Part shown: positions 1-8,727 of the stretch, piece after piece
Layout of the letters: each line of letters starts with the position of its first letter
Position numbering within the stretch: position 1 is the stretch's first letter
NCBI GenBank assembly: GCA_030523325.1
Contig: JAUNIS010000001.1
Location: 70,251-134,250, forward strand
Length of the DNA: 64,000 nt
Source: Phascolarctobacterium sp.
GTDB taxonomy: Bacteria > Bacillota > Negativicutes > Acidaminococcales > Acidaminococcaceae
Direction of reading: 5' to 3'
Program-made: the position numbers and the translations under genes
Notes under the pieces: model-generated
Told to the model about the DNA's origin: nothing
The model's database searches: none
What the model saw: only the letters and a program-made list of their open reading frames with translations

Positions 1-312
1 GAATCCCCAGCTTGTTGCAATGTCAAACAACCAATCACGTTCTTCGGGTGCGATTTCCTCATCAGCATACAACATGCCAGCCAACTCAAAAAGGAAAACT
101 TTCTTGTTCCTTTTTGTGCTGGTGTCAACATAGATTTTTAGTTTATCAATAGGAATATTTTTGATGACATATTCCTGCAGATCCGTTTCTTTCCGAAACA
201 TTTCCAGCATATGAAGTTCAGACTCCATAATAACTCCGTCGACATTCATCGCAATATTTGCAAGTTCAAGGAAATATTCCTGTTCTTTCTTGTTCAGCAT
301 TACCAAAAACAT
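1..312 (-). CDS. TerB-like (tellurite-resistance TerB / DjlA-N fold) protein; N-terminal 104 codons, ORF runs off the left edge
   Basis: Own translation of the minus strand from ATG at 312: MFLVMLNKKEQEYFLELANIAMNVDGVIMESELHMLEMF...LAGMLYADEEIAPEERDWLFDIATSWGF, open to nt 1. Two amphipathic 'A-x-DG/ADE-x-I-x3-E' helices as in TerB. GGAGG lies 8 nt upstream, inside the end of the preceding gene. This ORF is not in the supplied track. Confidence 0.5.
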   Translation of the reverse strand, partial: MFLVMLNKKEQEYFLELANIAMNVDGVIMESELHMLEMFRKETDLQEYVIKNIPIDKLKIYVDTSTKRNKKVFLFELAGMLYADEEIAPEERDWLFDIATSWGF

Positions 313-318
313 ACCTGC

Positions 319-1410
319 TTACCTCCTCGGCTTATCAATCTCGACACTAATTTTACCGTTTTTATTAATATAAGTTTTTCTTTCTTCGACCTGCCCACTT
401 GCATCATACTTGGTTTCAGACGTAATACCACCATCATCGTCAAATGTCTTACTGAAAATCATCCGTCCGTTTTGATACCCAGCCATGAATGACAGCTTAT
501 TATTTTCGTGCATCTCGCTGTGAATAGTAATGCCTGCCTGTTTTGTATTTATAATAACAGCATTTTCGTCTTTTACCTCAATAATTTCCTGTTCCTGCTC
601 TTTACTTTTTATTAACTTAACACAGTTCTTAATTGAGGCAAGAATCTCTTCTTTGTTGCCTGCAGTAGTTTGAGATATCAGTGCAACTGCCTTCAGGTTT
701 TCTTCTAAACAGTTTCGGAACATAGAGAGATTATCATTAATCTCTTTACTGTTTTTTTCTTGTGCCGAAACCTTGGAACTTATCTTCTCAAATTCATCTT
801 TCTGTGCGTCAGCTACGTCCTTAATCTTTTTCTGCAGGTTTTCGTTACCTGCTTTCACTACATTTTTAATATTATCTTCTATATCCTCTATACCTTTAAT
901 AATTTTTTCATTAGAACTTCCAATAAACTCTTCAAATCGCTCATTATCAAGTTTCATCTGGTTGGTTATTTGTGCGTTGGATTTTTCTTGACTTTCTAGT
1001 ATTTTCGATCCTTCTTCATTTATTCTTTGGACTACATCGCTATTTAGAGAAATTATCGAATTAGCTAGCTCGTTATGACACGTCTGTACAGTGCTGCAGT
1101 TAGCGTCGCCAGCTTCTTTGATCGCTTTTACAGAGTCACTATGGAGAGCATCCATTTTTTCTCTCAGTTCTTTATTCAGTTCAATTCCGTTTTGTTTAAC
1201 CCTTACAATTTCTTCTGACAACTTATCGGATAAGCCCTGCTTAAGCTTGTCAAAATAAATTTCCAAATACATAAACAGCAACAAACACCCAACTGCACCT
1301 ACCACAACATCAAGGTAAGGGTACAGTGTTCCCAGTTTTGTAGAAACTAAAATCAAAACAGCAAACACTGTCGCACCTTTTAATCCCATAGAATCTACTA
1401 TACCTTTCAT
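319..1410 (-). CDS. Membrane-anchored coiled-coil protein with C-terminal MORN-variant/YwqK-like repeats (hypothetical)
   Basis: 363-aa ORF. Two N-terminal hydrophobic helices (ATVFAVLILVSTKLG, VVVGAVGCLLLFMYLEIYF). About 220 aa of low-complexity K/E/N-rich heptad-like sequence. Tail YQNGRMIFSKTFDDDGGITSETKYDASGQVEERKTYINKNGK. GGAGG before the ATG. AT-rich (16/60 G+C in line 841-900). Confidence 0.6.
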   Translation of the reverse strand: MKGIVDSMGLKGATVFAVLILVSTKLGTLYPYLDVVVGAVGCLLLFMYLEIYFDKLKQGLSDKLSEEIVRVKQNGIELNKELREKMDALHSDSVKAIKEAGDANCSTVQTCHNELANSIISLNSDVVQRINEEGSKILESQEKSNAQITNQMKLDNERFEEFIGSSNEKIIKGIEDIEDNIKNVVKAGNENLQKKIKDVADAQKDEFEKISSKVSAQEKNSKEINDNLSMFRNCLEENLKAVALISQTTAGNKEEILASIKNCVKLIKSKEQEQEIIEVKDENAVIINTKQAGITIHSEMHENNKLSFMAGYQNGRMIFSKTFDDDGGITSETKYDASGQVEERKTYINKNGKISVEIDKPRR

Positions 1411-1667
1411 AATTCAACCTCCTTTGTTACTACTGAATCATAATATTCCCCTACTCCCAGCACCAACGAGCATTTCTTTTGACACATTCATATTGCAACT
1501 ATCCTACCTATAAAAATTATATCACCATTGTGCCCCCCCACAAGACATTTATATGTTCATAAGTGTATTCTCTGTGTCAGTTCTGTGAATTTTATGTGAA
1601 CATAAAAATAAAAGTCCGGCATATCATGGCCGAACCCTTTTACACAGCGAAAATTCTTCTTAAATCC

Positions 1668-1703
1668 AAAACACAAAAAGCCCCGGAACTTTTGTTCCGA
1701 GGC
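1668..1703 (-). terminator. Rho-independent terminator of the tRNA operon
   Basis: Minus strand reads GCCTCGGAAC-AAAA-GTTCCGGGGC followed by TTTTTGTGTTTT. Confidence 0.75.
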
Positions 1704-1712
1704 CTTATTTTC

Positions 1713-1788
1713 TGGTGATCCACCGGAGACTCGAACTCCGGACACCCTGATTAAAAGTCAGGTGCTCTACCGACTGAGCTAGTGAATC
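1713..1788 (-). tRNA. tRNA-Lys (anticodon UUU), copy 2
   Basis: Minus strand GATTCACTAGCTCAGTCGGTAGAGCACCTGACTTTTAATCAGG...GTGGATCACCA. 7-bp acceptor stem, anticodon loop CUUUUAA, encoded CCA. Confidence 0.9.
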
Positions 1789-1867
1789 GATTGTTGTTAT
1801 TCCGAAAAAAATTCAAGGAATAACAAATAATAAACCTCTGGATTTTCATCCAGAGGCATTACTTTCG

Positions 1868-1943
1868 TGGTGATCCACCGGAGACTCGAACTCCGGACAC
1901 CCTGATTAAAAGTCAGGTGCTCTACCGACTGAGCTAGTGAATC
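1868..1943 (-). tRNA. tRNA-Lys (anticodon UUU), copy 1
   Basis: Identical 76-nt sequence to 1713..1788. Confidence 0.9.
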
Positions 1944-1947
1944 ACAT

Positions 1948-2023
1948 TGGCAGGGGCAGCAGGACTCGAACCTACGCATGACGGAGTCAAAGTCCGTTGC
2001 CTTACCGACTTGGCTATGCCCCT
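1948..2023 (-). tRNA. tRNA-Gln (anticodon UUG)
   Basis: Minus strand AGGGGCATAGCCAAGTCGGTAAGGCAACGGACTTTGACTCCGT...TTCGAGTCCTGCTGCCCCTGCCA. Anticodon loop CUUUGAC. Confidence 0.85.
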
Positions 2024-2044
2024 ACAAAATTCTGGATTAACAAG

Positions 2045-2121
2045 TGGGGTGACTGGAGGGGGTCGAACCCTCGCGTAACGGAGCCACAATCCGCCGTGTT
2101 AACCACTTCACCACAGCCACC
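2045..2121 (-). tRNA. tRNA-His (anticodon GUG) with G-1
   Basis: Minus strand GGTGGCTGTGGTGAAGTGGTTAACACGGCGGATTGTGGCTCCGT...CCAGTCACCCCA. The extra 5' G pairs with C73, as is typical of tRNA-His. Confidence 0.85.
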
Positions 2122-2160
2122 AAATTCATTTCCAAACTTAATAGCTTGGCGACGAAAGTT

Positions 2161-2189
2161 ATTATACTACAAAGCCGCAAACCCGTCAA
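2161..2189 (-). promoter_or_regulatory. Sigma-70-type promoter of the tRNA His-Gln-Lys-Lys operon
   Basis: Minus strand TTGACG - 17 nt - TATAAT, about 40 nt upstream of tRNA-His. Confidence 0.65.
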
Positions 2190-2335
2190 GGTTTTTTTAT
2201 AAAAAATTTGCTTTTTAGCAAAACACAGCTCGCCTTAAAAACTATTTAAAAGCTTGGATTAATTTTATTGCTTATATTCACCCAAGAAAGCAAAAACCCC
2301 AAGGGAAAAAGCTAGCGAAAAATTTCTACGTTAAA

Positions 2336-2710
2336 TTATTTAGTTGCAATGCATTCGATTTCGACGCGAGCGCCAAGAGGAAGTGCAGCTACTTGTACGC
2401 AAGAGCGAGCAGGAGGATCACTTTTGAAAGCTTTTGCGTAAACTGCGTTAACAGCTGCAAAATTTGCAATATCGGTGAGGAACACTGTTGTCTTAACAAC
2501 ATTTTCAAAGCCCATACGAGCTTCAGCAAGAACTGCTTCAAGATTGTCGAGAACTTGTTGAGTTTCTGCTTCGATGCTGTCTTGAACCAATTTGCCCGTT
2601 GCCGGATTAATAGCAACTTGACCAGAAGTGTATACGGTAAAACCGGAAAGAATTGCTTGAGAGTAAGGACCGACAGCTGCCGGAGCTTCTTTTGTAGAAA
2701 TGGGTCTCAT
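2336..2710 (-). CDS. ridA: RidA/YjgF family reactive enamine/imine deaminase
   Basis: MRPISTKEAPAAVGPYSQAI...VEIECIA, the typical YjgF/RidA sequence. Start moved to the ATG at 2710, which has GGAGG 8 nt upstream; the track ORF starts 15 nt earlier. Confidence 0.9.
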   Translation of the reverse strand: MRPISTKEAPAAVGPYSQAILSGFTVYTSGQVAINPATGKLVQDSIEAETQQVLDNLEAVLAEARMGFENVVKTTVFLTDIANFAAVNAVYAKAFKSDPPARSCVQVAALPLGARVEIECIATK

Positions 2711-2734
2711 GATAAAATCCTCCAATTAAATAAT

Positions 2735-3628
2735 TTATTCTTTTCCTTGAGCAAAATATTTTTTTGCCCAAGCAAGAGCTGACGGTGACAAAGCAAGCCC
2801 ACCACCAGCAGTTTCACGTAAAGCACAAGGCAAGAGGTCGCCAACTTCTTTCATCGCATCAATCGCTTCGTCGCAATTAATGAAGCTTGTTATCCCCGCC
2901 AAAGAAAGTTCAGCTGCTAAGAGAGCTTGCAGGGCACACGCTCCGTTTCTCTTAATACAGGGAACCTCGACTAATCCTGCGACCGGGTCGCAAACAAGTC
3001 CTAAAATATTTTTAAAAACGATAGCTACGGCAGTACCAACCTGCTCAGCATTGCCTCCTAGCATACTTACAGCTGCGCCTGCGGCCATTGCCCCAGCACT
3101 ACCACATTCCGCTTGACAACCACCAGTCGCGCCTGCAAGCGATGCACGTGTGCCGATAACCATACCAATCGTACCCGCAACGACTAAGCCTTTAGCAAGT
3201 TCGTCGTCAGACAAATTGTAGTGTTTGGCTAGTGAAAAAAACACTCCAGGTAAAACGCCTGACGCGCCAGCTGTTGGAGCCGCTACAATTCGACCCATAG
3301 CCGCATTGCATTCGCCAACAGCCATCGCATAAACAACTGCGTCGAAAGCTTTTTCACCGAGAATCCCCACAAACCTTTCGTTACCAGATGCCGCCAATAA
3401 TTTTTTGGCGTCTCCGCCAGTTAAATTGCTGCGTGACTTTACTCCCGTCAAACCATAATCGATAGAACCACGCATGACCTTAAGCATCGCTTTCATTTGT
3501 GCTAAAAGTTTTTCAGGAGTTGTTTCTAATTCCTTAGCGTTATATTGCAAAAGAAAATCTTGAAACGAGCAGTCTTGTTGTTGAGACTCTTCTATTAATC
3601 TAAGCAGAGATAATTTATCTTTTTTCAC
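2735..3628 (-). CDS. sdaAA: L-serine ammonia-lyase (Fe-S dependent), alpha subunit
   Basis: 297 aa with GGCQAECGSAGAMAA and VEVPCIKRNG motifs. Directly follows the beta subunit gene. Confidence 0.9.
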   Translation of the reverse strand: MKKDKLSLLRLIEESQQQDCSFQDFLLQYNAKELETTPEKLLAQMKAMLKVMRGSIDYGLTGVKSRSNLTGGDAKKLLAASGNERFVGILGEKAFDAVVYAMAVGECNAAMGRIVAAPTAGASGVLPGVFFSLAKHYNLSDDELAKGLVVAGTIGMVIGTRASLAGATGGCQAECGSAGAMAAGAAVSMLGGNAEQVGTAVAIVFKNILGLVCDPVAGLVEVPCIKRNGACALQALLAAELSLAGITSFINCDEAIDAMKEVGDLLPCALRETAGGGLALSPSALAWAKKYFAQGKE

Positions 3629-3639
3629 GCTGCTCCTCC

Positions 3640-4305
3640 TTAAAGAACCTTATCAACGAAACGAATGGAACGAATAGCCGGAATACTTCCAATTGCATTT
3701 AGCACGCAAGAGTCGATAGCGTTGTCACATTCAATGACCATGGAAGCAAGCCCACCTTTATTAGTTCGGAACACTCGCATAGTAGCAATATTAACGCTCA
3801 TATTTGCAAGGAGCGTGCTTACTACAGAAATAATACCGGGCTTGTCCTCGTGATTTGTAATAAGCGCTGGCAATCTACCAGAAAGTTCTACGGGGAAGCC
3901 GTCTATCTCACTAACAAGCACTTGCCCTCCGCCAATGGAAGAACCAACGATTTCACATTCACGTCCAGAATTCGCTGTTAATTTGAACAAAACTGTATTA
4001 GGATGCGTTGCGGTTCCCAAATCTATTTTTTGAAAGCAGAAATCTAGTCCTGCATTTTTTGCATATTCAAAGGATTCCGGAATTCTCTCATCATCCGGAG
4101 CCCAACCCATTAAGCCTGCGATAAGAGCTAAATCAGTTCCATGACCCTTGTGTGTTTCCGCAAAGGAACCATGAAGAAAAAGTTCTGCTTTAACAGGCTG
4201 AGAACCAAGAATGGATGCAGCCAAGAGACCAAGTCTTGCAGCACCTGCCGTGTGAGAGCTACTGGGTCCAATCATCACCGGACCAATTACATCGATTAAA
4301 TTCAT
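3640..4305 (-). CDS. sdaAB: L-serine ammonia-lyase, beta subunit (with ACT-like C-terminal domain)
   Basis: 221 aa. N-terminus MNLIDVIGPVMIGPSSSHTAGAARLG is the canonical SdaAB start. Confidence 0.9.
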   Translation of the reverse strand: MNLIDVIGPVMIGPSSSHTAGAARLGLLAASILGSQPVKAELFLHGSFAETHKGHGTDLALIAGLMGWAPDDERIPESFEYAKNAGLDFCFQKIDLGTATHPNTVLFKLTANSGRECEIVGSSIGGGQVLVSEIDGFPVELSGRLPALITNHEDKPGIISVVSTLLANMSVNIATMRVFRTNKGGLASMVIECDNAIDSCVLNAIGSIPAIRSIRFVDKVL

Positions 4306-4320
4306 TCTCTTACCTCAAAA

Positions 4321-4752
4321 TTATTCGTCGGATGCTAGTGAGCGATGAGCCAAACTCACGCACATCTCGTTCAAATTAAGAACGCCAACACCCATAAAAA
4401 TTGCTACACATAGATGTTCGCCACTGCGAGCGATACCAATTTTCCCACCCACGTTAAAACCGACCGCCTTACTCATAACCTGAGCCAAAGCCTCATGAGC
4501 TGCACCTGCAACTGCCCCAGCGCCTACATGGGTCTCTGTTACGAGACCTTGGCGCTGAGCAGCTACAACTGCACGTTCAACAATTTTTACAATGGAGGGA
4601 ATAAATTCGCCACCAAAATCGACGGCTGTAGAACGAATTCCACTCTTTAAAAGCTCTTCCTTAACCAAATTTTCTTCTTGTCTTGTGGCTGTCAGAGCAA
4701 TATTCAGAGCCGCTCTACCAATTGCCATACTATTTGTTGCTGATTTAATCAT
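4321..4752 (-). CDS. HutP-family protein (putative RNA-binding antiterminator-like regulator)
   Basis: About 143 aa. The segment TETHVGAGAVAGAAHEALAQV and the overall size resemble HutP (ESHALYHATMEALHGV in B. subtilis HutP, from memory). ATG at 4752 preferred over GTG at 4761. Confidence 0.5.
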   Translation of the reverse strand: MIKSATNSMAIGRAALNIALTATRQEENLVKEELLKSGIRSTAVDFGGEFIPSIVKIVERAVVAAQRQGLVTETHVGAGAVAGAAHEALAQVMSKAVGFNVGGKIGIARSGEHLCVAIFMGVGVLNLNEMCVSLAHRSLASDE

Positions 4753-4794
4753 TACCCTCACCCTCTGTAAAGAAACGCTACTTAAGAATAAAAA

Positions 4795-6240
4795 TTATTC
4801 TTCTTCCTCTTCTGCAACCATTACTACTTCTTTAATATTGTTTTTGTCAATTACAGAAACAAGCAAGAAAGTAAGAATGCAGATAGGCCATTCAAAATAG
4901 ATTACTTCGTTAGCAAATACGGGTTTTAAACCTTGGATAGGACTTGCAGGCATGTACCATAAAACCATACCGATGATACCAGCTAAGGTAGTCCAGAACG
5001 CGCTGCTGCGACGGCAAAGACTAGGAGCCCAGATGGTAAAGAAGAAGATACAGGTCAAAGCGGTAGTCATGGACAAGCCAGCAATCATGGTTCTTACAAT
5101 ACCTGCTGCGTTGAAAGCAAACCACAGGGTAATCAAGCCTACTGCGACAACAGTAAGACGGCTAATTACAACGGCTTTGGTTTCGCTAACGCCAGGATTG
5201 ATAAGACGTTTATAAATATCTTGGGTAAACAAGGTTGCTGCACCCATCAGAATTGCACAAGCAGTAGATACATCAGCAGCCCACATAGCAGCTAGAGTAA
5301 CACCACCAGCTAATGGATCCAAGGACATGATGACCTTAGGCATTGCCATAGCAGCTTGAGACATAGGCATTTCCGGATACATGACTTTGGCAACTAAACC
5401 AACAATTGCACAAATAAAACCAACCGGGAAAATCATCAAGCCAGCAAGAATGTAACCATTACGAGCAGACTTTGCATCCTTAGCCGCACAAGCAAATTGT
5501 ACAGGACCTTGAGCAGTAATTGTTTGAGTAATCATTACAATAATATTACCTACGATAACTGCTAAAGGCAAACCCAAGAAGGGAGAAGCCATAACTTCAG
5601 AGTTAGGAAGCTTAGAAACCATTGCCTCCCAACCGCCTACATTAGATACGGATTGAGTTGCGGAATAAACGATACCAACATAAATTAAAGTAACACTTAC
5701 GATATTGGACAAACCAGAAGACCACAGGCCACCGATTAAAGTGATGCCGATAAATACAACAGCACTCATAATCATGCCACCCTTAAAGGAGAAAATATCC
5801 GGCAAAAGGGAAGATAAAATTGCGCCACCCGCCATATATTGCAAGGAGGTGATTACGCCCATGATAATGATAAGACCAATCGCACCAATCAACCGACCTT
5901 TTGCATCGTAATAGTTTTCGAAAAATTCCGGGATGGTGGAAACACGCATTGCACGTAATTTACCAGCAGCAACAAGACCCATGACAATCGCACCTATGGA
6001 CCAAGCACCGTTATACCAACCAGCTGATAAACCAACACCAAAAGCTCTTTGAGCTACACCAACAGTTGATGCAGCGCCAACAGCAAGACCAGTTACATTT
6101 ACTGCAACAAGAACAGTTGTCAGCTTACGACTTGCCAAAAGGAAAGCCGTCGAGCCTTGGTCAGCTCTTTTCTTAACCCACACGCTTATGCCAAACAGCA
6201 AAGCGATGTACAGACATACGATGACTAATTGAATAGACAT
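4795..6240 (-). CDS. Sodium:solute symporter (SSS) family transporter
   Basis: 481 aa with roughly 13 hydrophobic helices and an SSS-like N-terminus. First gene of the serine operon. Acidic EEEEE tail. Confidence 0.75.
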   Translation of the reverse strand: MSIQLVIVCLYIALLFGISVWVKKRADQGSTAFLLASRKLTTVLVAVNVTGLAVGAASTVGVAQRAFGVGLSAGWYNGAWSIGAIVMGLVAAGKLRAMRVSTIPEFFENYYDAKGRLIGAIGLIIIMGVITSLQYMAGGAILSSLLPDIFSFKGGMIMSAVVFIGITLIGGLWSSGLSNIVSVTLIYVGIVYSATQSVSNVGGWEAMVSKLPNSEVMASPFLGLPLAVIVGNIIVMITQTITAQGPVQFACAAKDAKSARNGYILAGLMIFPVGFICAIVGLVAKVMYPEMPMSQAAMAMPKVIMSLDPLAGGVTLAAMWAADVSTACAILMGAATLFTQDIYKRLINPGVSETKAVVISRLTVVAVGLITLWFAFNAAGIVRTMIAGLSMTTALTCIFFFTIWAPSLCRRSSAFWTTLAGIIGMVLWYMPASPIQGLKPVFANEVIYFEWPICILTFLLVSVIDKNNIKEVVMVAEEEEE

Positions 6241-6360
6241 TTTTCAACACTACCTTTCTTCCATGCTTCAACATGTTTAAAATTCTAAGCTACCGTACTA
6301 CCAAATGAGGGGCTGGTAATAAATCAACTAATATTATACTATACTCTGATGTTTTATGCT

Positions 6361-6398
6361 ACAACAAAAAGAGCTCAAATGCAAAAGCATTTGAGCTC
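6361..6398 (-). terminator. Terminator ending the hdr/flx/frd-like operon
   Basis: Minus strand GAGCTCAAATGC-TTTT-GCATTTGAGCTC followed by TTTTTGTTGT, 17 nt after the stop at 6415. Confidence 0.8.
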
Positions 6399-6414
6399 GA
6401 TGATGTTCGAACGA

Positions 6415-8025
6415 TTATCTTGTCTCGCGTCCGTGTGTATAAATGGGCAGAAGCTTAGGAGAAGCTTCTCCACCAGCAATTCCTGCAGCTTGAAGCTCAG
6501 CTTCAAAGGAAGCAACATGATTCATGTTCAGCTTGCCAATCGTAATCTCTTTAGAAGCTTTTGCCGCTTCACTGCCAGCGATACGACCAAAGACAATGAT
6601 ATCGAGCAGGCTGTTACCCATAAGACGATTTGTTCCGTGAATACCGCCAACAGCTTCGCCTGCAACAAAGAGCCCAGGAATTTTTGATTCAGCTTTCTTA
6701 TCAATCAAGATGCCGCCGTTTTGATAATGCAAGGTCGGGAAAACAAGAATTGGTTCCTTGCGAATATCGATGCCAAATTTTAAATACATGCGCAACATAC
6801 CGGGAATGCGTTTAGCAATCGTTCCCTCACCGTGCAGCATTTCGATAAGCGGAGTATCAAGCCAGAGAGCAACGCCGTCTAAAGCTTTAACGCCTTTGCC
6901 TCTTGCTTTGCATTCACGAATGATGGATGCAGCAGCAACGTCACGAGTTTCCAGAGGATGCATAAAGATTTCGCCATCAGCATTTACAAGCTGAGCCCCA
7001 ATGGAACGAACTTTTTCTGTAACGAGTGCACCATAAATTTGTGCAGGATATGCGACGCCCGTCGGATGATATTGAATGGCATCAGCATAAATCAAGGGAG
7101 CACCAGCTCGATAAGCCATGATCAAACCATCAGCTGTTGCGCCATAGTGATTCGAGGTGGGGAAGCCTTGATAATGAAGACGTCCTGCTCCACCTGTTGC
7201 CATGATTACAGATTTAGCTTTAACGACTTTATATTCTTGCGAATCATAATCAAAAAGAATTGCACCAGCTACGCGACCGGTATCGTCCTTTAAAAGTTCT
7301 ACGGCCGGAGCAAATTCTAAAACCTTGACGCCTAAATTTAGAACCTCGTCACGAATGACACGCATAATTTCTGCACCAGAATAATCGGCGCAAGCATGCA
7401 TGCGTTTACGAGAGGTACCGCCACCATGAGTCGTAACCATGGTTCCATCGGTTTCTTTGTCAAACATAACGCCAAGCTTAGAGAGCCAATCGATGGCCAG
7501 CGGTCCATTAACAACTAATTGTTCCAAAAGCTCGGGAATATTTTTGTAATGTCCGCCTCCAAAAGCATCGAGATAATGTTGAGCAGGAGAATCGTTAGCT
7601 TTATCGGCTGCTTGAATGCCACCTTCAGCCATCATCGTATTAGCATCGCCCATACGTAATTTGGTAACGATCAAAACATTTGCACCAGCATTTTTTGCTT
7701 CAATAGCAGCTGCTGCACCTGCACCGCCTGCACCAATGATTAAAACGTCGACGTCGTAATCAATTCTCTCCAAATCAATATTTAGATTTGCCACACGACT
7801 TTGGCCTTCTAAAAGAGCTGCCAGTTCAACTGGAACCTTGTCGCCCTTATTGGGTCCAACCTCAAGTACCTTGAAACCTTTTACACTATAGTCAGGATGA
7901 AATTCCTTTAGCAGTTCATCCTTTTCATCCGCGGAGAAACGCTGGATGTTCGCACCCAAACGAGAAGCACGAGTGCGTTCAACATTCGCCATGGATTTTA
8001 ACATATCTTCAGTAAATGCGCTCAT
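6415..8025 (-). CDS. FrdA/SdhA/NadB-family FAD flavoprotein, soluble type (no covalent-FAD His motif)
   Basis: 536 aa. Dinucleotide fold VDVLIIGAGGAGAAAAIEA. NTMMAEGGIQA sits where SdhA has the covalent His. C-terminal GTNRLMGNSLLD. Confidence 0.75.
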   Translation of the reverse strand: MSAFTEDMLKSMANVERTRASRLGANIQRFSADEKDELLKEFHPDYSVKGFKVLEVGPNKGDKVPVELAALLEGQSRVANLNIDLERIDYDVDVLIIGAGGAGAAAAIEAKNAGANVLIVTKLRMGDANTMMAEGGIQAADKANDSPAQHYLDAFGGGHYKNIPELLEQLVVNGPLAIDWLSKLGVMFDKETDGTMVTTHGGGTSRKRMHACADYSGAEIMRVIRDEVLNLGVKVLEFAPAVELLKDDTGRVAGAILFDYDSQEYKVVKAKSVIMATGGAGRLHYQGFPTSNHYGATADGLIMAYRAGAPLIYADAIQYHPTGVAYPAQIYGALVTEKVRSIGAQLVNADGEIFMHPLETRDVAAASIIRECKARGKGVKALDGVALWLDTPLIEMLHGEGTIAKRIPGMLRMYLKFGIDIRKEPILVFPTLHYQNGGILIDKKAESKIPGLFVAGEAVGGIHGTNRLMGNSLLDIIVFGRIAGSEAAKASKEITIGKLNMNHVASFEAELQAAGIAGGEASPKLLPIYTHGRETR

Positions 8026-8034
8026 AACTTCCTC

Positions 8035-8709
8035 CTATTTCTCAATCTCACGTTTATTGTAAAGGTCCTTAATCTCATCCAAGGGCATCTTTTTTAATTT
8101 TTCTAAAAGAATATCAAAGTCACCGTTTTCGATTTCAGCAACACGTGCCTCGAGATGCTCACATTTGGGAGCGATGTATTTGCCAGTCAAACGACGACAA
8201 AGCAAACCAACCGCACTATGACTAATTTGAGCCGGGCAACGACTTGCGCAAATATTACAGCTTACACAGTCAAAGGATGCATGCGCAGCTTGTTCGTATT
8301 TGCCTCGTTGGGCAAAAGCGATATATTGCAAAACCTTGAGACCTTGTGGACAACTTTTTGTGCAAGCGTTACAGCCTACGCAATTATAAATTTCTGGATA
8401 AAGCTGACCAACGATATTATCGTCCGCCTTAATCTCTTCGATATTGAAGGTACGTTTATTAATAGGAAAGCTTTCGATTCTACCTACGCACATATTTTCC
8501 TCAACCTTAGTTTGACAGGAAAGACATACCTTGAGTTCGTTTTTACCTTTGATTCTATAAATTACTGCACAAGCTCCGCAAAAACCACTACGACAGCCAA
8601 CACCACGTACTAGCTTATAACCTACATATTCCATGGCATCCATAATCGTCAAGGTTGCGGGAACGGAATATTCTTTGCCCATTAAGTATACTGTTACCAT
8701 TTCTTCCAT
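8035..8709 (-). CDS. FrdB/SdhB-like iron-sulfur subunit (2Fe-2S plus two Cys-rich cluster motifs)
   Basis: 224 aa with CRSGFCGACAV...C, CVGCNACTKSCP and CVSCNICASRCP. Confidence 0.7.
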   Translation of the reverse strand: MEEMVTVYLMGKEYSVPATLTIMDAMEYVGYKLVRGVGCRSGFCGACAVIYRIKGKNELKVCLSCQTKVEENMCVGRIESFPINKRTFNIEEIKADDNIVGQLYPEIYNCVGCNACTKSCPQGLKVLQYIAFAQRGKYEQAAHASFDCVSCNICASRCPAQISHSAVGLLCRRLTGKYIAPKCEHLEARVAEIENGDFDILLEKLKKMPLDEIKDLYNKREIEK

Positions 8710-8727
8710 ACTTATTTTCTTTCTCCT

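Noticed and set aside
211-492. Plus-strand 93-aa ORF in the supplied track
   Set aside because: It lies antisense to the junction of two well-supported minus-strand genes, the TerB-like ORF and the 363-aa protein. It has no RBS and a low-complexity translation, so it is a shadow ORF.
1557-2218. Three small ORFs (62, 60 and 73 aa) overlapping the tRNA cluster
   Set aside because: They are read straight through the tRNA-Lys/Lys/Gln/His genes and the tRNA operon terminator and promoter. The tRNA cloverleaves explain the sequence.
6241-6345. Canonical HutP binding site in the symporter leader
   Set aside because: Several UAG triplets exist, but their spacings (5 and 2 nt, and others) do not match the UAG-N4-UAG-N4-UAG pattern, and no leader terminator is evident. 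Mentioned only as a weak observation in the HutP finding.
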